Source: the human T2T-CHM13v2.0 reference genome, Homo sapiens. From it: a DNA stretch of 64,000 nucleotides. The position numbers were made by a program, and so were the translations under genes. Of this stretch, positions 25,064-39,214 are shown one piece after another. Location: NCBI RefSeq assembly GCF_009914755.1, contig NC_060931.1; one strand, 5' to 3'. Below the pieces are notes generated by a model. It had not been told where the DNA came from. It saw nothing but the letters and a program-made list of their open reading frames with translations, and made no database searches. The first letter of the stretch is position 1, and the number at the start of each line of letters is the position of its first letter.

Positions 25064-27260
25064 GATAACACTAAATTTAAGTGGGAAACTTTTATTTCAA
25101 ATTATCACCACTGATATGTCAAAAACAGTAGTCAAAATGTAAAACCCTTTTTTTTCCTTTTTCTGAGACCATTGTAGTAACAAGTTTAGGCAAAAGCAAT
25201 TTTATTTAAATCAATCTTGATGAATAAGATTAGGGAAAAAAGGCATAATTATCTTAGCGTATTCCAGGCCTTGCAAATCGTAAAGGAAAAGTTTGTCACT
25301 TTTTTTACACAATGACTAGAAGCAAAAGGCACTTGCACAGGCTGACTACTTCCAGAGGGAGAGAAATGAGTGTAATTTCAGTTTTGTAAAATATTGACTT
25401 TTTTCTGTCTTAATGGAGGCCTATACACATGAACCACCCTGTTCATGTGGGCAGGATTGTGCTCACCTGACTGACCACTAAAGGAAGCACTTGCTTCTGG
25501 TAATTATATGAACCAGAAAAAACATTCAGCCCTCTGAAAATGTTCCAAACAACATTTTTAAATGATCCAACTATATCTTGTAATTGGTATTTTCAAAAAC
25601 CTTGAAAACGTCTCTGCCACTATGGCAACTCACTGTAGCATCTGTAATAACGACCTTCTGCAGAACATGATTAATGAGTTTTACTTTTTCCTTCATGTAG
25701 AAGTAAAATAGTCCACAGTTTTAAATGGCTCTCTTATATAAACATGTAATTATTCTATTGTCACTGTTCAGTTTTGAAATGATATCTGAAAGTATGTACT
25801 AAAATAATTCAATGATTTTGGGAACCAAATGAAATGAAGGCCATAAGAAGGGTACATTTTCATAAAGATTAAACACAAAAGTATTAAATCTTTATCATAG
25901 TTAAGCAGAGGAGATGGAAAAGATAGTTTAAGACACTTACACTACTCTCTTTTAGAGAGATTTTTGTGGAAACCTAAGACAACGTGAGATTAATGTATAG
26001 GAGGTGTGAGGGCCACCTTGGTGGAGTTGGGTAGAGTCAAGATTGTGAGAGGGAGGTAAGTTCTGTCTTGGTTATATGCAGTGATAACCCCTTCTGGATC
26101 TATTTTACAGTGATGTATAATGTTACTGACACATAGTATGTAGTTAATGAGTATTTCTACAATAAAATAAGAAAATAATATAAAACTAGGAGATGGGGCT
26201 ACTAGTGCTTAGATCACTCCAAGCTTTACTTTTCAATACATGGTTCATAAATATATGTGAATTAAGCTGAGGCTTCAGAAGGAATGTGTTTGTCTAAAAA
26301 TAGTTAAAATTATATAACTTAGGATTAATTGTTTGTTTCTGACTTCTAAAACTCTATATGAAAGAAAGAAGTAATATTAAAGGCTAGAGAAATAAGGATG
26401 GATTTTAAAATGAATGTAATATAACTTTATATTTTTATTCTTATATAATGTGGCTCTATGTTCTTTTAAGAATATAGTCAATCAGAATTGATTAATACAA
26501 ATACAATATAACTGTTTGTCATACTGCTGTTGGGCACACAGGTATTTTTATAGTTCGAATTTGTAGCAGGTGAGACAGTAATGCTATAAATATAGAATTT
26601 TGTGAGGTCACCTAGATAACTTCCAAGAGGATCTGGTCTTTAAAATCCAAATTTAATGTGCCTGAATCTCAAAGGGACTGTTTATCTTTTTCTTAGACAT
26701 CTCTGGCTGCAAGATCTTTTTCTTAATGGATTACTCTGTTCAGGATTATTTGAAATCTCACATGTGCTTTCCTTTTTTTTTTTGCTGTATGACATGCCCA
26801 GAAAGATATTCAGCCCTTTCTATATATTACACACATACATTAACATATTTTCTTTAGATGAGGTTTTTAGATGTACAGAGTGAACACTGACATTTTGAAG
26901 AGGTGGAAACAGTTTTAAACCACAGGGCTCGAGCACCAGACATTTCTATTTTTTAAAAAAGCAGTCATTTTTTTTTTTTTTTGCCAACTCATTATCTAGG
27001 CTGATTTATTCTTATCAGAGTAACTCAGAGCCCTTAACCCCCAGTCTTCAAGCTCAGTTTTGACCTCTTTTTCTATATTCAGATTTGGTGAAATGCTTTG
27101 CTCAACATCAGCTTTATAGCCCTGAGTCCCCTATTTTCTTTCTTTCCTATTTGTCTCGATAAAGAGAAAGGAGCATATAGAAATTTTATGCCATTATTAT
27201 GAGTTAAATTCTCTCCCACAACAGAGAGAATTACTACAGGGAAATTCATAGATTTAAATA

Positions 27261-27339
27261 TTAGGCTAGTGCAAAAGTGATTGTGGTTTTTGCCATTACT
27301 TTTGATGGCAAAAACTGCAATTGTTTTGCACCAACCTAA
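27261..27339. mobile_element. MADE1 (Hsmar1-derived MITE)
   Basis: TA|TTAGGCTAGTGCAAAAGTGATTG ... CAATTGTTTTGCACCAACCTAA|TA, a ~80-bp near-palindrome. Confidence 0.93.
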
Positions 27340-27942
27340 TAACATTTCTGTTGTATTAAATAGTATTAGTTGAAGTGATGGTAGTGCTGTCAATATTAGA
27401 CTATAAATGGGGAAGATAAGAGAAAAAAGCCTGGGAAATTCAATCAAATGGTTCAGAGCTAAAGACACATGGCAGCTCTTTTCATGTTCCTTAAACAGCT
27501 GGAGTAAAGATTAAATAACAATGACCTTGCTCAGGACTCTTGGAAAATTGAGTAATTGAACCCATGTTCAGGACTAATAGTGACCTGAGATAGAGCTGTT
27601 TGGTTGGGAATTCTTAGAAAATCTGGTTGCTCATGTTCTTAGGACCACATGTAAAGGGGAATCAACTTGCTCAGAGAGTGCAACACTATCCCAGCTAAAG
27701 GAAATGCCACAGAGTACTGCGCTTTCTCCTCAAGAATACATTGCATTGGGGTCCATGGTTACCAGGGCAACAGTGAGCTGGGATCTTTCTTTGAGTACAT
27801 AAAAAAAAAATCTGCCATTGAAAGTTGATAGTGTTTGAGAGTATCAAAAGCTTCTCCCTAGAAAGGAGTTATGATGGTGTGGATACACAATGAACCAGGT
27901 TTTAGATTTTCTATTCAAATACTCCTGAAGACAGTGAAGGTA

Positions 27943-29262
27943 ATTTTTTTTTTATTATACTTTAAGTTCTGGGGTACATGTGCAGAATGTGCAGGTTCGT
28001 TACATAGGGTATACATGTGCCATGGTGGTTTGCTGCACCCATCAACCAGTTATCTACATTAGGTATTTCTCCTAATGCTATGCCTCCCCTAGTTGCCCTC
28101 CCCATGACAGGCCCCAGTGTGTGATGTTCCCCTCCCTGTGTCCATGTGTTCACATTGCTCATCTCCCACTTATGAGAGAGAACATACAGTGTTTGGTTTT
28201 CTGTTCTTGTGTTAGTTTGCTGAGAATGATGGTTTTCAGCTTCATCCATATCCCTGCAAAGGACATGAACTCATCCTTTTTTATGGCTGCATAGTATTCC
28301 ATGGTGTATATATGCCACATTTTCTTTATTCAGTCTAGCATTGACGGGCATTTGGGTTGGCTCCAAGCGTTTGCTATTGTGAACAGTGCCACAATAAACA
28401 TATGTGTGCCTGTGTCTTTATAGTAGAATGATTTATAATCCTTTGGGTATATACCCAGTCATGGGATTGCTGGGTCAAATGGTAGTTCTGGTTCTAGATC
28501 CTTGAGGAATCGCCACACTGTCTTCCAAAATGGTTGAACTAATTTACACTCCCACCAACGGTGTAAATGCGTTGCTATTTCTCCACATCCTCTCCAGCAT
28601 CTGTTGTTTCCTGACTTTTTAATGATTGCCATCTTTGACAAACCTGACAAAAACAAGCAATGGGGACAGGATTCTCTATTTAATAAATGGTGCTGGGAAA
28701 ACTGGCAAGCCATATGCAGAAAACTGAAACTGGACCCCATCCTTACACCTTATACAAAAACTAACTCAAGATGGCTTAAAGACTTAAACGTAAGACCTAA
28801 AACCATAAAAACCCTAGAAGAAAACCTAGACAATGCCATTCAGAACATAGGCATGGGCAAAGACTTCATGACTAAAACACCAAAAGCAACGGCAACAAAA
28901 GCCAAAATTGACAAATGGGATCTAATTAAACTAAGGAGCTTCTGCACAGCCAAAGAAACTATCATCAGAGTGAACAGGAAACCTACACAATGGGAGAAAA
29001 TTTTTGCAATCTATTCATCCGACAGAGGGCTAATATCCAGAATCTACAAAGAACTTAAACAAATTTACAAGAAAAAAGCAAACAACCCCATCAAAAAGTG
29101 GACGAAGGATATGAACAGACACTTCTCAAAAGAAGACATTTATGCAGCCAGCAAACATATGAAAAAAAGCTCATCATCACTGGTCATTAGAGAAATGCGA
29201 ATCGAAACCATAGTGAGATATCATTTCATGCCAGTTAGAATGGTGATCATTAAAAAGTCAGG
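27943..29262 (-). mobile_element. L1PA7-like, 5'-truncated with 5' inversion (twin priming)
   Basis: Antisense 3' end 27943-28632 joined to a sense ORF2 segment 28633-29262; TSD GAAGGTAA at 27936 and 29263. Confidence 0.93.
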
Positions 29263-29574
29263 GAAGGTAAATTACTCATCTAGTGTGTTCACCTATTAAA
29301 TGATACTCCTTAGGTTTTGAAGGAGTCAATGCAATTCTCACATGTACACAAAATTACTGAAATGGGAAGCTTTCCTCGAGTGGTTGTGGTCTTGAAAAAG
29401 TCTTGTCTACACAATTTCAGAGTATGTGGTAATTTGACTCAAACAGGTTGTTTGAAATTATGTAGTCAAGATTGTTTAATTATTTAAATATGCCATTGTT
29501 AATGCATTGATTTGATGTCATTTGAGAATAACTTAAGCCAGAAACCTCCACCCTTAGTCAAAACCAGTGAAGAC

Positions 29575-29800
29575 AGAATAGCACGGTGATTCTGATGCTG
29601 GACTTGGGAGCCAGATAGCCTGGCTTCAAATCTTTCCTCTGTCACCCAGCTGTGTGTGACTTTGGTGAAGTTAACTTATTTTCTCACTTTTTCATCTGTA
29701 AAATGGAGATAGTAATAGGCTCTCCCTCAGGTTGTTTTTTATGAAGAATAAGCGAGTTAGTGAGTAAAGTGCCTGGCAAATATAAGCTCTAAAAATATTT
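29575..29800 (+). mobile_element. MIR SINE
   Basis: 'ggagccagatagcctggcttcaaatc...tcatctgtaaaatggagatagtaatag...gtgcctggca'. Confidence 0.8.
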
Positions 29801-30929
29801 TCTAGAATCTGATTATGTAGTATTTCATCTAAGAGCTTTCTTAAGGAACAAATACGTGTGTAAAACATGCATGGGAAATATGCTAATTTTAATCCATATA
29901 GACTTTAAAATGTTCATTTACTCTTAAAAATGAGAAAGTGAGTGTTAGTGTGGAATTTTAATTAACTATAAATTAAGTGAATTTTTACTTTTTGGTTATA
30001 TTTCTAGTTGGAATGGCATGTAAAATACTGATGCATTTTAGCACACAGAATATTATAACAAACAATGAATATAGAAAATCCATCCGTTAATTAGCCAGGG
30101 CTGAATAAATTCATGCAGCAGTGAGTAGCGTTCAGCATTAGGTTGTTTTCCTGATATTTGTACTTTGTAATAAAGTCTTGCTCATTATCTGTATTTTTAT
30201 TGGAAAAAATTGTTAATTTAAGGAATAGGAGAATGAGAGTTTTTAATGGCAATAAGTAATGAGGAAATTAGTTTTGCAATCTGTATGGAAGTGAAGCTTT
30301 CTTCTCTTTATTTTAAAATTCTATTGCATTAACAGAAAAAACTGTATTTAAGGGATAGCTGGTAAATTCTTCTAAAAGCCTTGAACTATTGAGATTAAAA
30401 TAATTTCAAAGGTTCCAGAATGATTGTTTATTTTGGAAAATTAACCTATGGCAACCATTATAAAATCATACATCTATTAATATGTTCATTGTTTAAACTG
30501 AAATAAAACATAGTATGTCTTAACTATTAGTTAATAAAGGAACAAATAAAAGAGTTAAATCAATTAAACATTGTAGGTATTCTTTATCACTGACAAATCA
30601 TTGTAAAGAATAAGAGGCTGATCCTACACTTATGTATATTTCTATAACATTTATTTTGGTCTCAGGGCAGGAGCTTCTCCTAGTCTTATTCTATCTTGAC
30701 CTCATTTGCTAGATTCTTGTTACCAATCTCTACACTTCTCTGAGACTTGCCAATCATATTCTTGTGCCTTAATTTTTTTCTACCTATTCTTTTTCTTGAG
30801 CTTTAAGATAAAACCTGCTCAAGAAAGTTTGTCAATCTTCAGAGATATGTTCTTAATTTTGTCAATATCTCAAGCTACCAAGGCACCTCTTTACTGTCAG
30901 TCGTCTTAATGGACAATGTACACACTTTG

Positions 30930-31450
30930 CCCCTACTTTTCAGCTCCTCCTTTGCTCTTCACCACAGTATGATTGACTGCCACTCATCACTGTCCTGTCA
31001 CTGCTCTCACAAGTCACTAGAGATCAGCCTGTGTCAATTTAGTTGACCTCTTATAATCTGAAATCTGCCAATCATCTCTGCTGCATTGGACAAACTTTTT
31101 CATATGGCTTCTCTACTGAGTCTCTAGTATCCTATGCCTACCTTACCTTTCTCAACAATTTTAGTATCTGTTATTGCCCTTACTGACCCTAAAATTTTAT
31201 CATCCTTTAGGAATTTACCTGCCTGTCTTAGAGGAAGCATAAGCTTTATTTAACCAAACTAAACTCACTTCCTTCTCTTGCCTTATATGTTTCTCTTCAT
31301 TTTTCTGTATCCCACTGTGACGTCATCACCTGCACCATCGTTTAAGCCAGGCATCTTGAATTCTTCTTTGTATACTTACTTCTTGTTGGTCTTGAAGTTT
31401 CAGCATTACTTCTCTTCTTTCTTTGCATCATCATCCTCAATAGAAGCCTT
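30930..31450 (+). mobile_element. Degenerate L2 fragment
   Basis: 'actgctctcacaagtcact...ctctgctgcattggaca...aaccaaactaaactcact...ccaggcatcttgaattcttc'. Confidence 0.5.
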
Positions 31451-32520
31451 CCACACTACGCTGTCTATGTAGGCACGGTTACAATTCAAAAATCTTTCTA
31501 TGATCCTTCTAAGGAATCTCCAAATCTTTGGCTGGTTCTCTGATTCATTTACTTTTGTTTGATTCCTGAATTTGCCTTCTAAAGGAACTTCAGGGTCAAT
31601 ATTCAAGTTTTCTCTTGCTTCTCTAGGCATCAACATCTAGAGGAAGTAAACATCAGCATCCCTTCACCCTTTGCTGGGGACCTCTAGGCCTACCCTCTCC
31701 CAGAATCAGACTTAAGGTCTGTGCCTGCAGAGCCAGTGAGAAGGTGGACTATTATTTAAGCCCACACCTGATTCCCCCAAAGTTACTGCTTCTCTGAAAG
31801 CAAAGTTCACTCATTTTCATTGAACAAAAAATTTGAACTAGTGAAAAATTATCTCTATCTTTGCAAGTGATTATATATATTTAAATCTGTAACGTTGCTA
31901 AAGGCATGCCATTTTGACTCTTTAGAATAAAAATGCTCAAGTCACTTGTTTAGGCACAGAACATTCTGTGCTTGAAAAGAATTAAGTCAATGCGTTAATT
32001 TTTTGCACAGTGACAGTGGGGTGATCTGTACTATATTTGTTGAGAAAGGAAAAAAAAAGATGATATTTTCTACCTGAAAATCTTATTTTTGTTAGCTCTC
32101 CACTTCTTTTTTTATCCTTGCAAGTTACTTGTTAACTTGTGTTATCCTGACCATTTTAATGTAAGTAAATAATTACTCAACAGAGATCATACAGAGGAAA
32201 AATTGCAAAAGCTTTTTTGAAATCATATACTATAAATTACAGTAGTTGTTGCTAAACATGCATAAAACTTTTTTTTTAGGATAATGCAGAGCATGTTCAC
32301 ATGTTGCCTCCAGGTCTGACTCCTATCTAATTGTCATCTTTATGAAAATATCTTAGTTATTAATATAAATATTAGGAAGCAATAGAGCAATTTTTATTAT
32401 TACAAGGAGACAGAGACTACCTTAACTTTTATCTCTACCTTGTAAAAGCTTTTCTAAAAGACTTATTCTCAACATTGAGAATTTAGAACTTAGACAATTT
32501 CATTTATAGTTGTCTATGTT

Positions 32521-32610
32521 TCATGGATTGAACTGGAGGTCATTATGTTAAGTGAAATAAGCCAGACACAGAAAGACAAACTTTGTATGTTCTCTTATTT
32601 GTGGAATCTA
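32521..32610 (+). mobile_element. L1MA 3' fragment
   Basis: 'catggattgaactggaggtcattatgttaagtgaaataagccagacacagaaagacaaa'. Confidence 0.8.
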
Positions 32611-33069
32611 GGCACCAGTTTTAAAACGCATTAAACACATTTTCTGCATTAAAATGCTTGCTAATCATGTCATAAATTTAATGACTACACAGGACCCATT
32701 TGACTTTCAGTTACCCTCTGGAAATTTATAATTACATATTTATAATTCATAATTAAAGATAGACTATAAAGACTATAAAGTTTTAACATACATTCATTCA
32801 GCTAGTAAACCTTTTAACTTAGAAAGATTGATTCATAGAAGAAAGCGGTCTCTCCAGCCCTCTATTTCCCCTAGGTGATCCTAAAGTGTGCAGCAACAGT
32901 TAAAGTATTGAATACATTATCTCTTATCCATTTATTTATTTATGCCAATATTGGACAATTGAGTTGTTCAAGAGAACCCAATTCTCTTATATTAAGCCAG
33001 TGAATGTCTGTCATAATATAAATTTGTAATTTTTTGTTTCACTTATTGGGTTCATATTTTTTAACTTTA

Positions 33070-33210
33070 AAAATTTATATATATAATATTGAATATATTA
33101 TAAATATATTAAATATGTTATAATATATAATATTATATAAATAGATAATAAATTTATATTTATATATGTAATTTAAAAATTAATATATATTTTGTTATAT
33201 ACTAATTAAT
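33070..33210. repeat. AT-rich low-complexity / (TA)n tract
   Basis: Almost exclusively A and T. Confidence 0.9.
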
Positions 33211-33304
33211 TTTTTTGAGATGGAGTCTCACTTTCTAAAATCAGTCTCACTTTCTAAAATATAAAAAAATATATATACATACCTATATACAGAACATATA
33301 TTAA

Positions 33305-34800
33305 ATTCCACAGGCTATGCTAAACACTGGAGACACAATATTGCAAAGGACAGACAAATTTCCTGCCCTCACAGAGTCTAATAGTAATAATATAAGGATA
33401 ATCATTGGGAGTGTCCTTTCAGCTCTTTGAAGGCAGTAATAGCCAAGCAATTGAAAGCATTGCAGACAGATGAAATGGAAGAAAATATGCAAAGGTCCAG
33501 AGAAAAGAAAGTATGGTGAACTAATGTTCCCCATGACCAAATATGTGATTTCGGGACCAGAGAAGCAAAGACAGGTAGGTCTTGACAGATTTCAGACCAT
33601 ATTTTTATGAAAATAGGGAACCACTTAAAGGAGAATATCACTGAGAAGAAGACATAATCTTATTTACATTTTAGAAACAAACTTATTTCAGTGTAAAGTT
33701 TAGTTGAGTGCAAAAAAGGAAGGAGAATAGCCAATTATGATTCACTGTGATACAGCCAAAAAATGATGGGAAATAATACCAGAGCAGTGGTAATGGGATG
33801 CAAGGAAAGCGGAAGATACTTGGGAGGACAATCAATAGGACAGTCTGAGGATATATGGGGTATGGGAATGGAAGGCAGATTGTGCAGTGCACAGCTGGAG
33901 AGACTGTCCTTGCATAGCCGCAAGCAAGCCACAGAGTGGGCCCTCAAAGATGATACTCAGGTTTCTGGTTTGAGTTACTGGGTAGATGGTCATCCTGTTC
34001 ACTGAGTTAGGAAGAACAGGAGGAGATATGGTATTAGGTGAGAAGAAGATAATGAGTTCATTTTTGGACATACTGATTTCAAGTTATCTAAGGGATATCA
34101 AAGGTAGTGAGATGGATATACGAGTCTGGAACTCATAGAATTTTTCTTGGCATTCGCTTTGGGTTTGGCAATTTCCGCATGTAGATAGTAATGAAAAATA
34201 TAAGAATATATGGACATTTTCTAGGATAATTTATAAAGTGAGAAAAGTGGAGGACCAGGACACCCAATTTAAGAGATGGAAAGGAAGAATAAGTTCCTGC
34301 TACTGAGGTAGGGCGAAGCTCCGTGTAGGGTGATGTCATGCAATAAAGGGGAAAAGAGTTTTTTGGTTTTGTTTTGTTTTTATAAAGGAAGGAGTAGATA
34401 ATTGTGTCAACTACTGCAAAGAGCTCAACTACAGTAAAAATTAAAACTTAATCATGGCATTTTGCAATGAGATAATTATTAATGAGTCTGGTAATGGCTC
34501 AATTTCTTGTGGAAACTGCTGAGGTTGGGAGCCAGAATGTGATGGGTTAAGCAGAGAATCAGAGATGAAAAATAGAGACATGTCATGTAGAGTATGCTTT
34601 GGAGCATTTGGCTTATAAAGTAGAGGGGAGTGAGAACGACAATAAGTTAGAGGAATATGAATTCAGAAATGATTTTGTTTGAAGAAGGATGGGACTTGAA
34701 CATGTTCACATGTTGATGGGAAAGATTATGCTGAGATGGAAGGATCAAAGGTGATTCATTTCCAAAGAGAAAAACAAAAGGGTTTTAGAGAACTGGTGGA
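33305..34800 (-). mobile_element. L2 LINE (antisense)
   Basis: 'ctggagacacaa...cctgccctcacagag', 'caggtttctggtttgagttactgggtagatgg', 'gagttcatttttggacatactga'. Confidence 0.8.
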
Positions 34801-35577
34801 AAGATCCTTTTGAGGTTAGAGATCATAAAATTACAATGGCACTAAGCCAATGAATCTTGCACCTTCATGAGAGCCTGAATGTAAACTTCCAAAGCAACTA
34901 TCATAAACATAACTTGAAATCAGGTCTTAATATATTGTTTTAAAATTATCTAATTATGTCTCCATTTCCACAAGAGAGAGGATTGTGGGTCTTAAGTATT
35001 GTAGTACTCTCACAGCTAAGGCACCATCCCAGGCCCATAGTAAGCACCTATAACGTTTATATTGATTCAATTAAAAGTTATTTTCATTCTCTTGCTTTCC
35101 AGACTCATTAAGTACTTTTTTTCTTGGTTAAATATTCAAAATTTCTCCAGCTTCTCCAGATATAATTTTGTTCTGAGTCTCTTCATGTCCCTACTAATAC
35201 TCTACTGCAAAAGCTTGGTTTTGTTTATGTCTGTAACATGCAGTGTCCACACATGGAGCTATACTTCAGCTATAGCTGAGAAGAAAGAGTCTAAGGTGAA
35301 AGTTACATAAACCTCTTTTTGTAAATGAAGAAAAAATAGCAATCTTCAGAGATCATGATTATAGTTCAAGTATGTTACTCTCAGGCACAAAGACAGTTAC
35401 CAATTTCTTCCACTGAAATGATATGATGGTGAGCCCTTGCCCATGGAGAGATGAACAACCATCTTAATAAATGCTTAGTCTAAAGTTTTGGAAGCATCCC
35501 TACTTCTTCTCCAGCCCCTGTTTGTTGATATTTGCTTATAGAAAGAAAACAATTCTAATATTAGAATAATAAAAACT

Positions 35578-35727
35578 GAAGAAGCCAGCCCTACCAACAT
35601 CTTGATTTTAGCTTGTTGAGAGCCATGTCAGACTGTCGACATTAAGAACTGCAAGATAATAAAGTTGTGTTGTTTTAGCCTCCGAGTTTGTAGTAATTTA
35701 TTATAGCAGCATTAGGAAATGAATAAA
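35578..35727 (+). mobile_element. MLT1 (MaLR) LTR 3' fragment
   Basis: 'cagccctaccaacatcttgattttag...aagaactgcaagataataaagttgtgttgttttag...atagcagcattaggaaa'. Confidence 0.75.
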
Positions 35728-36114
35728 GGGAACTAGAGGTTGAAGTTCTAAACTGGGACAGAATTAAGGATAAAGTACCAAAACTCCTTAATAGAGGTGA
35801 TCATTCCACACTGCCCAGCATATTAAATGGGTAAACTAAAACAGCTACTACAACATTAACCTTTGCAGATCCACTTTTTCCCTATTGAATTATTGACTTG
35901 ACTTTACAGCTCATAGTGAGTGATCAGCACATAAATTATCAGCAGGTTTATGTATACTTTGAAGTGAAAACACAAGCTCAGGAAAAATGGCAGCTGGCCT
36001 GCTTACAAACTACAGGTCACTACATAGCAATATAGTTAAACTTCGCTGCTCCACAAAATGTTGCAACTTATATGTCAATTTGTTAAGGACATTTTCTTTA
36101 CTAATAACATAAGG

Positions 36115-36300
36115 ATAGTAATATTTATTTAGCAGTTACACTGTACCACAAACTACAGTGAAGAATTTTTCATGTTTTATTTCATTTTACAACATTAATG
36201 CATAAGAGATATTATTTCCATTTTACAGATTAAATTTAAGTAAACTGGTCCGTCAGTGGTTGGAATATCTGGCCCTGAAGTCCATGTTCCTTAATGAAAG
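36115..36300 (-). mobile_element. MIR SINE
   Basis: 'atatttatttagcagttac...attatttccattttacagat...aagtccatgttccttaa'. Confidence 0.55.
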
Positions 36301-37615
36301 CTGTAGAAAGCTAGTTTGTCAGCATCGAGTTTCTTCTCTTAATCTTTAAAATAATCAGGTCGACTCTACTACTGCTTTTGCATATCTGTACTTCTGCATA
36401 AAAATCACTGACACTTGATTTTTGCTCTGCTTTCCTTTGCAGAACATGACCTATTCTAGGAGAAAGTGTCCTTTTTGAAGTTTTTGCTGTGGACATTGAA
36501 TTAAAAGGGAAGACACAGAACAAAATGGTACTCTGTGTCCTAGATTCTATCAAAAGAGACTACCTTCAAGAGTTTAAAATTTGGCAGCAAACTCTGCTTT
36601 AGGCCTTGCTATGGCATGTGAGAATTTATCTATATGGCATATATTTTTAAATTAACATACAAAATAATTTGTTAGACTTCACTTGCACTCAAGTCCATAG
36701 GTACATAGATAGTTCATATTTTTATACATGTGTTATGTGGGGTAGACATCAAATATTAGACCATTGGCAAACCACTCAACTTACTTTTTGACTGACCAAT
36801 TTAAAGTTAGGTAAAAAGAATAGGCTTCCTGGTGAGTCAAACTATGCTGTATATTTTAGTCTTTACTGAAGATTTAAAGATGATAAAATTGAAGAGACCA
36901 AAGACTTGAACTCTTGATTTGTCCTTGCTGTTGCTTTATAGTGAAGGCACACATCTATCTGACATAGCTAGAAAATAAACATGTCATGACCTAGCTGAAA
37001 TATTAAAATTACACTGTTTTATTTTAAGTGCTTGTCAAAATAATTAGATTGGAGAAATCAGTATTTGGGTGTTTCTCTAATATTATTCTATAATTTTGTC
37101 AAAACCTGGTACCTAAAGCTCCTCTCTGAAACTAAGAGGAATAGTTGAGTTGTCCTCCCCAAGAGCAGTCTACTTGTCACTGTAATTTCTGAATAAACCT
37201 TCCTCACTGCCTACCACAGCTCTAACTTCATTAGGATGTCCTACACCTTTATTTTGTTGGAAAATGTCTCTTCCCAATGCTTATTTGTGATAGCTATCCA
37301 TATGAATTTTGGTCAATTAAGTTTGATTACTAATTAAACTAGCGGAGAAAAGAATACAGAAAGGAAAAGAGACCTCAATTATTGGTAAAGCTGATAAAAC
37401 CATTAAGAAAAATGTGAAGAAGTTACTAGAGTTAGGAGAAAACCTGAGAACATAAACAATCATTCCCACTGTGCCTTCTCCAGCCCCAGTTTTGTTTTTA
37501 ACACAGACACAGGGCCATGTTATGATGAGTAAAGAGTGTATTCTTTTTTGATATTAATCTCAAAGATTAGAAACATTGACAAAACCCCAACTTTCTGAGA
37601 TGTATATAAGGATTT

Positions 37616-38240
37616 TGTGGTGGATAGAATTATAAAATAACCCCTAGGATGGTCTCCATCTGCGGTATGTGCATCTTCTCCCAGTTACTCAATGAAATGC
37701 ACCTAGGTGCTCACGTGAAGGGATTTTTCAGGTGCAATTAAGTCTCAAAATATTAAGATGTTCTTAAGACAGGGAGATTTTAATTAGTGGTTGTAATCAC
37801 GACAGCCCTTAAAAGGGAGTGGGCTCTTTCTGGAAAGAAATTGGACGCATGAGAATTATTTGATGCAAGGGAGATTCTCTGTGGCTGGCTCTGAGAGTGG
37901 AGGGGCCTACATGGCAGGGAATGGCCCAGGACCGTAGACCAACTGCTAGACTACAGCTAGGACCCTAGAGCAACTGCTAGACTAGGTTGCAGCTCAGTCC
38001 TTCAACCACTAGGAACTGGATTTTGCCAACATTCTGAGTGAGCTAGGAAGTGGATTATTCTCCAGAGCCTCCAGATAAAATCACAGTCTGGCTGATGCCT
38101 TGAGTGTGAACTTCTAAGTGGCGAGTCCAGCTAAGCTGCTCTTGGACTTCTGATTCACAGAAATGGGAATAATAAATGGGTATTGCCTTAAGCCACCAAG
38201 TGTGTTGTGATTTGTTACACAGCAACAGAAACTGAATACA
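37616..38240 (+). mobile_element. MLT1E-like MaLR solo LTR
   Basis: TGTGG...AATACA ends with perfect 5-bp TSD GATTT (37611-37615 / 38241-38245). Confidence 0.88.
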
Positions 38241-39214
38241 GATTTTTTAAGAAATAGAAAAATCCCAACCTGTACAGCTTATTACGATCATTTTCGAAAG
38301 TTGACTGTATACTACAGAATTTAGAGCAGGCTATTTTATCCAAAACTTAGCTCTTAGTTTTAATTCATGTGATCACTGCTAACTGCTTAGGAATTTGGTA
38401 AATGAATTATTCATAGCACTTAATATATTTGTTAAACCTTTATACTTTTAGTCCCAAGGATCCTAATCACTTTAGTCCATTTGCATATGGCAGTGAGTCC
38501 ACCTCCTTGATCATTTTTGCAGGTCTTTTGAAAACATTTTTCCTGAAGAACAATGATTAGACTTGAATAGGAATGCATGTGGTAGACAAAGGTAGTATAG
38601 TTTTCCGAAGTGAACAAAGTAGAAATGAGGCTTTAGGTGGTTATTTACATCATAAGTTGTTATTTGTGGCATGAGGTTATTTGTAGTATATGCCTTTTAC
38701 ATTTACTATTGTGCTTCTGGTAGGATAGCTTATATATGCAAGCTCTCTCCGTTATATTACAATTGAATATTTCTAATCCAAACAATAGTATTAATAGCAG
38801 ATCCCAAAAACCAGTACTGGAACCTTGAAAAGACATCTCTTTATGTCTCAGGAAAAGAGTTATAGTCTATGTCAAGAGTCTCCCATTTGTTCACTTTGGA
38901 AAGCTGTAAAGAAATTACAATGGAGGCGGCTCGGAGCCTGGGTGCTCTGGGCTCCTGTGGATTCTTCTCTTCCACAGGGTTTCTTTCTTCACCAGTTCTA
39001 TCATGTGACTGTGCCTAGAAGTGTTTCCTGGTAAGGGGATGCCTCTAAGGAAGGAGTCATGGAGCAGAATGCAGGTTGGATCAGTTTTGGGATGGGGGAC
39101 ACCCCATATCCTAAAGAAGAGGGGCTAAACAAAGTCATATATGGTCTAACTCGGCCCAGTAAAATTGAAGTACAATGTTTGGCGCATAGTAGATATTCAG
39201 TAAGAGTTCAATGA

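Noticed and set aside
28604-29299. 231-aa ORF, the longest in the window
   Set aside because: Inverted L1 ORF2 segment with a non-ATG start; explained by twin priming.
36443-36527. Possible exon after a strong acceptor 'ctttcctttgcag' (similar case at 32280)
   Set aside because: Only weak donors (GTACTC, GTCTGA) follow; not distinguishable from chance.
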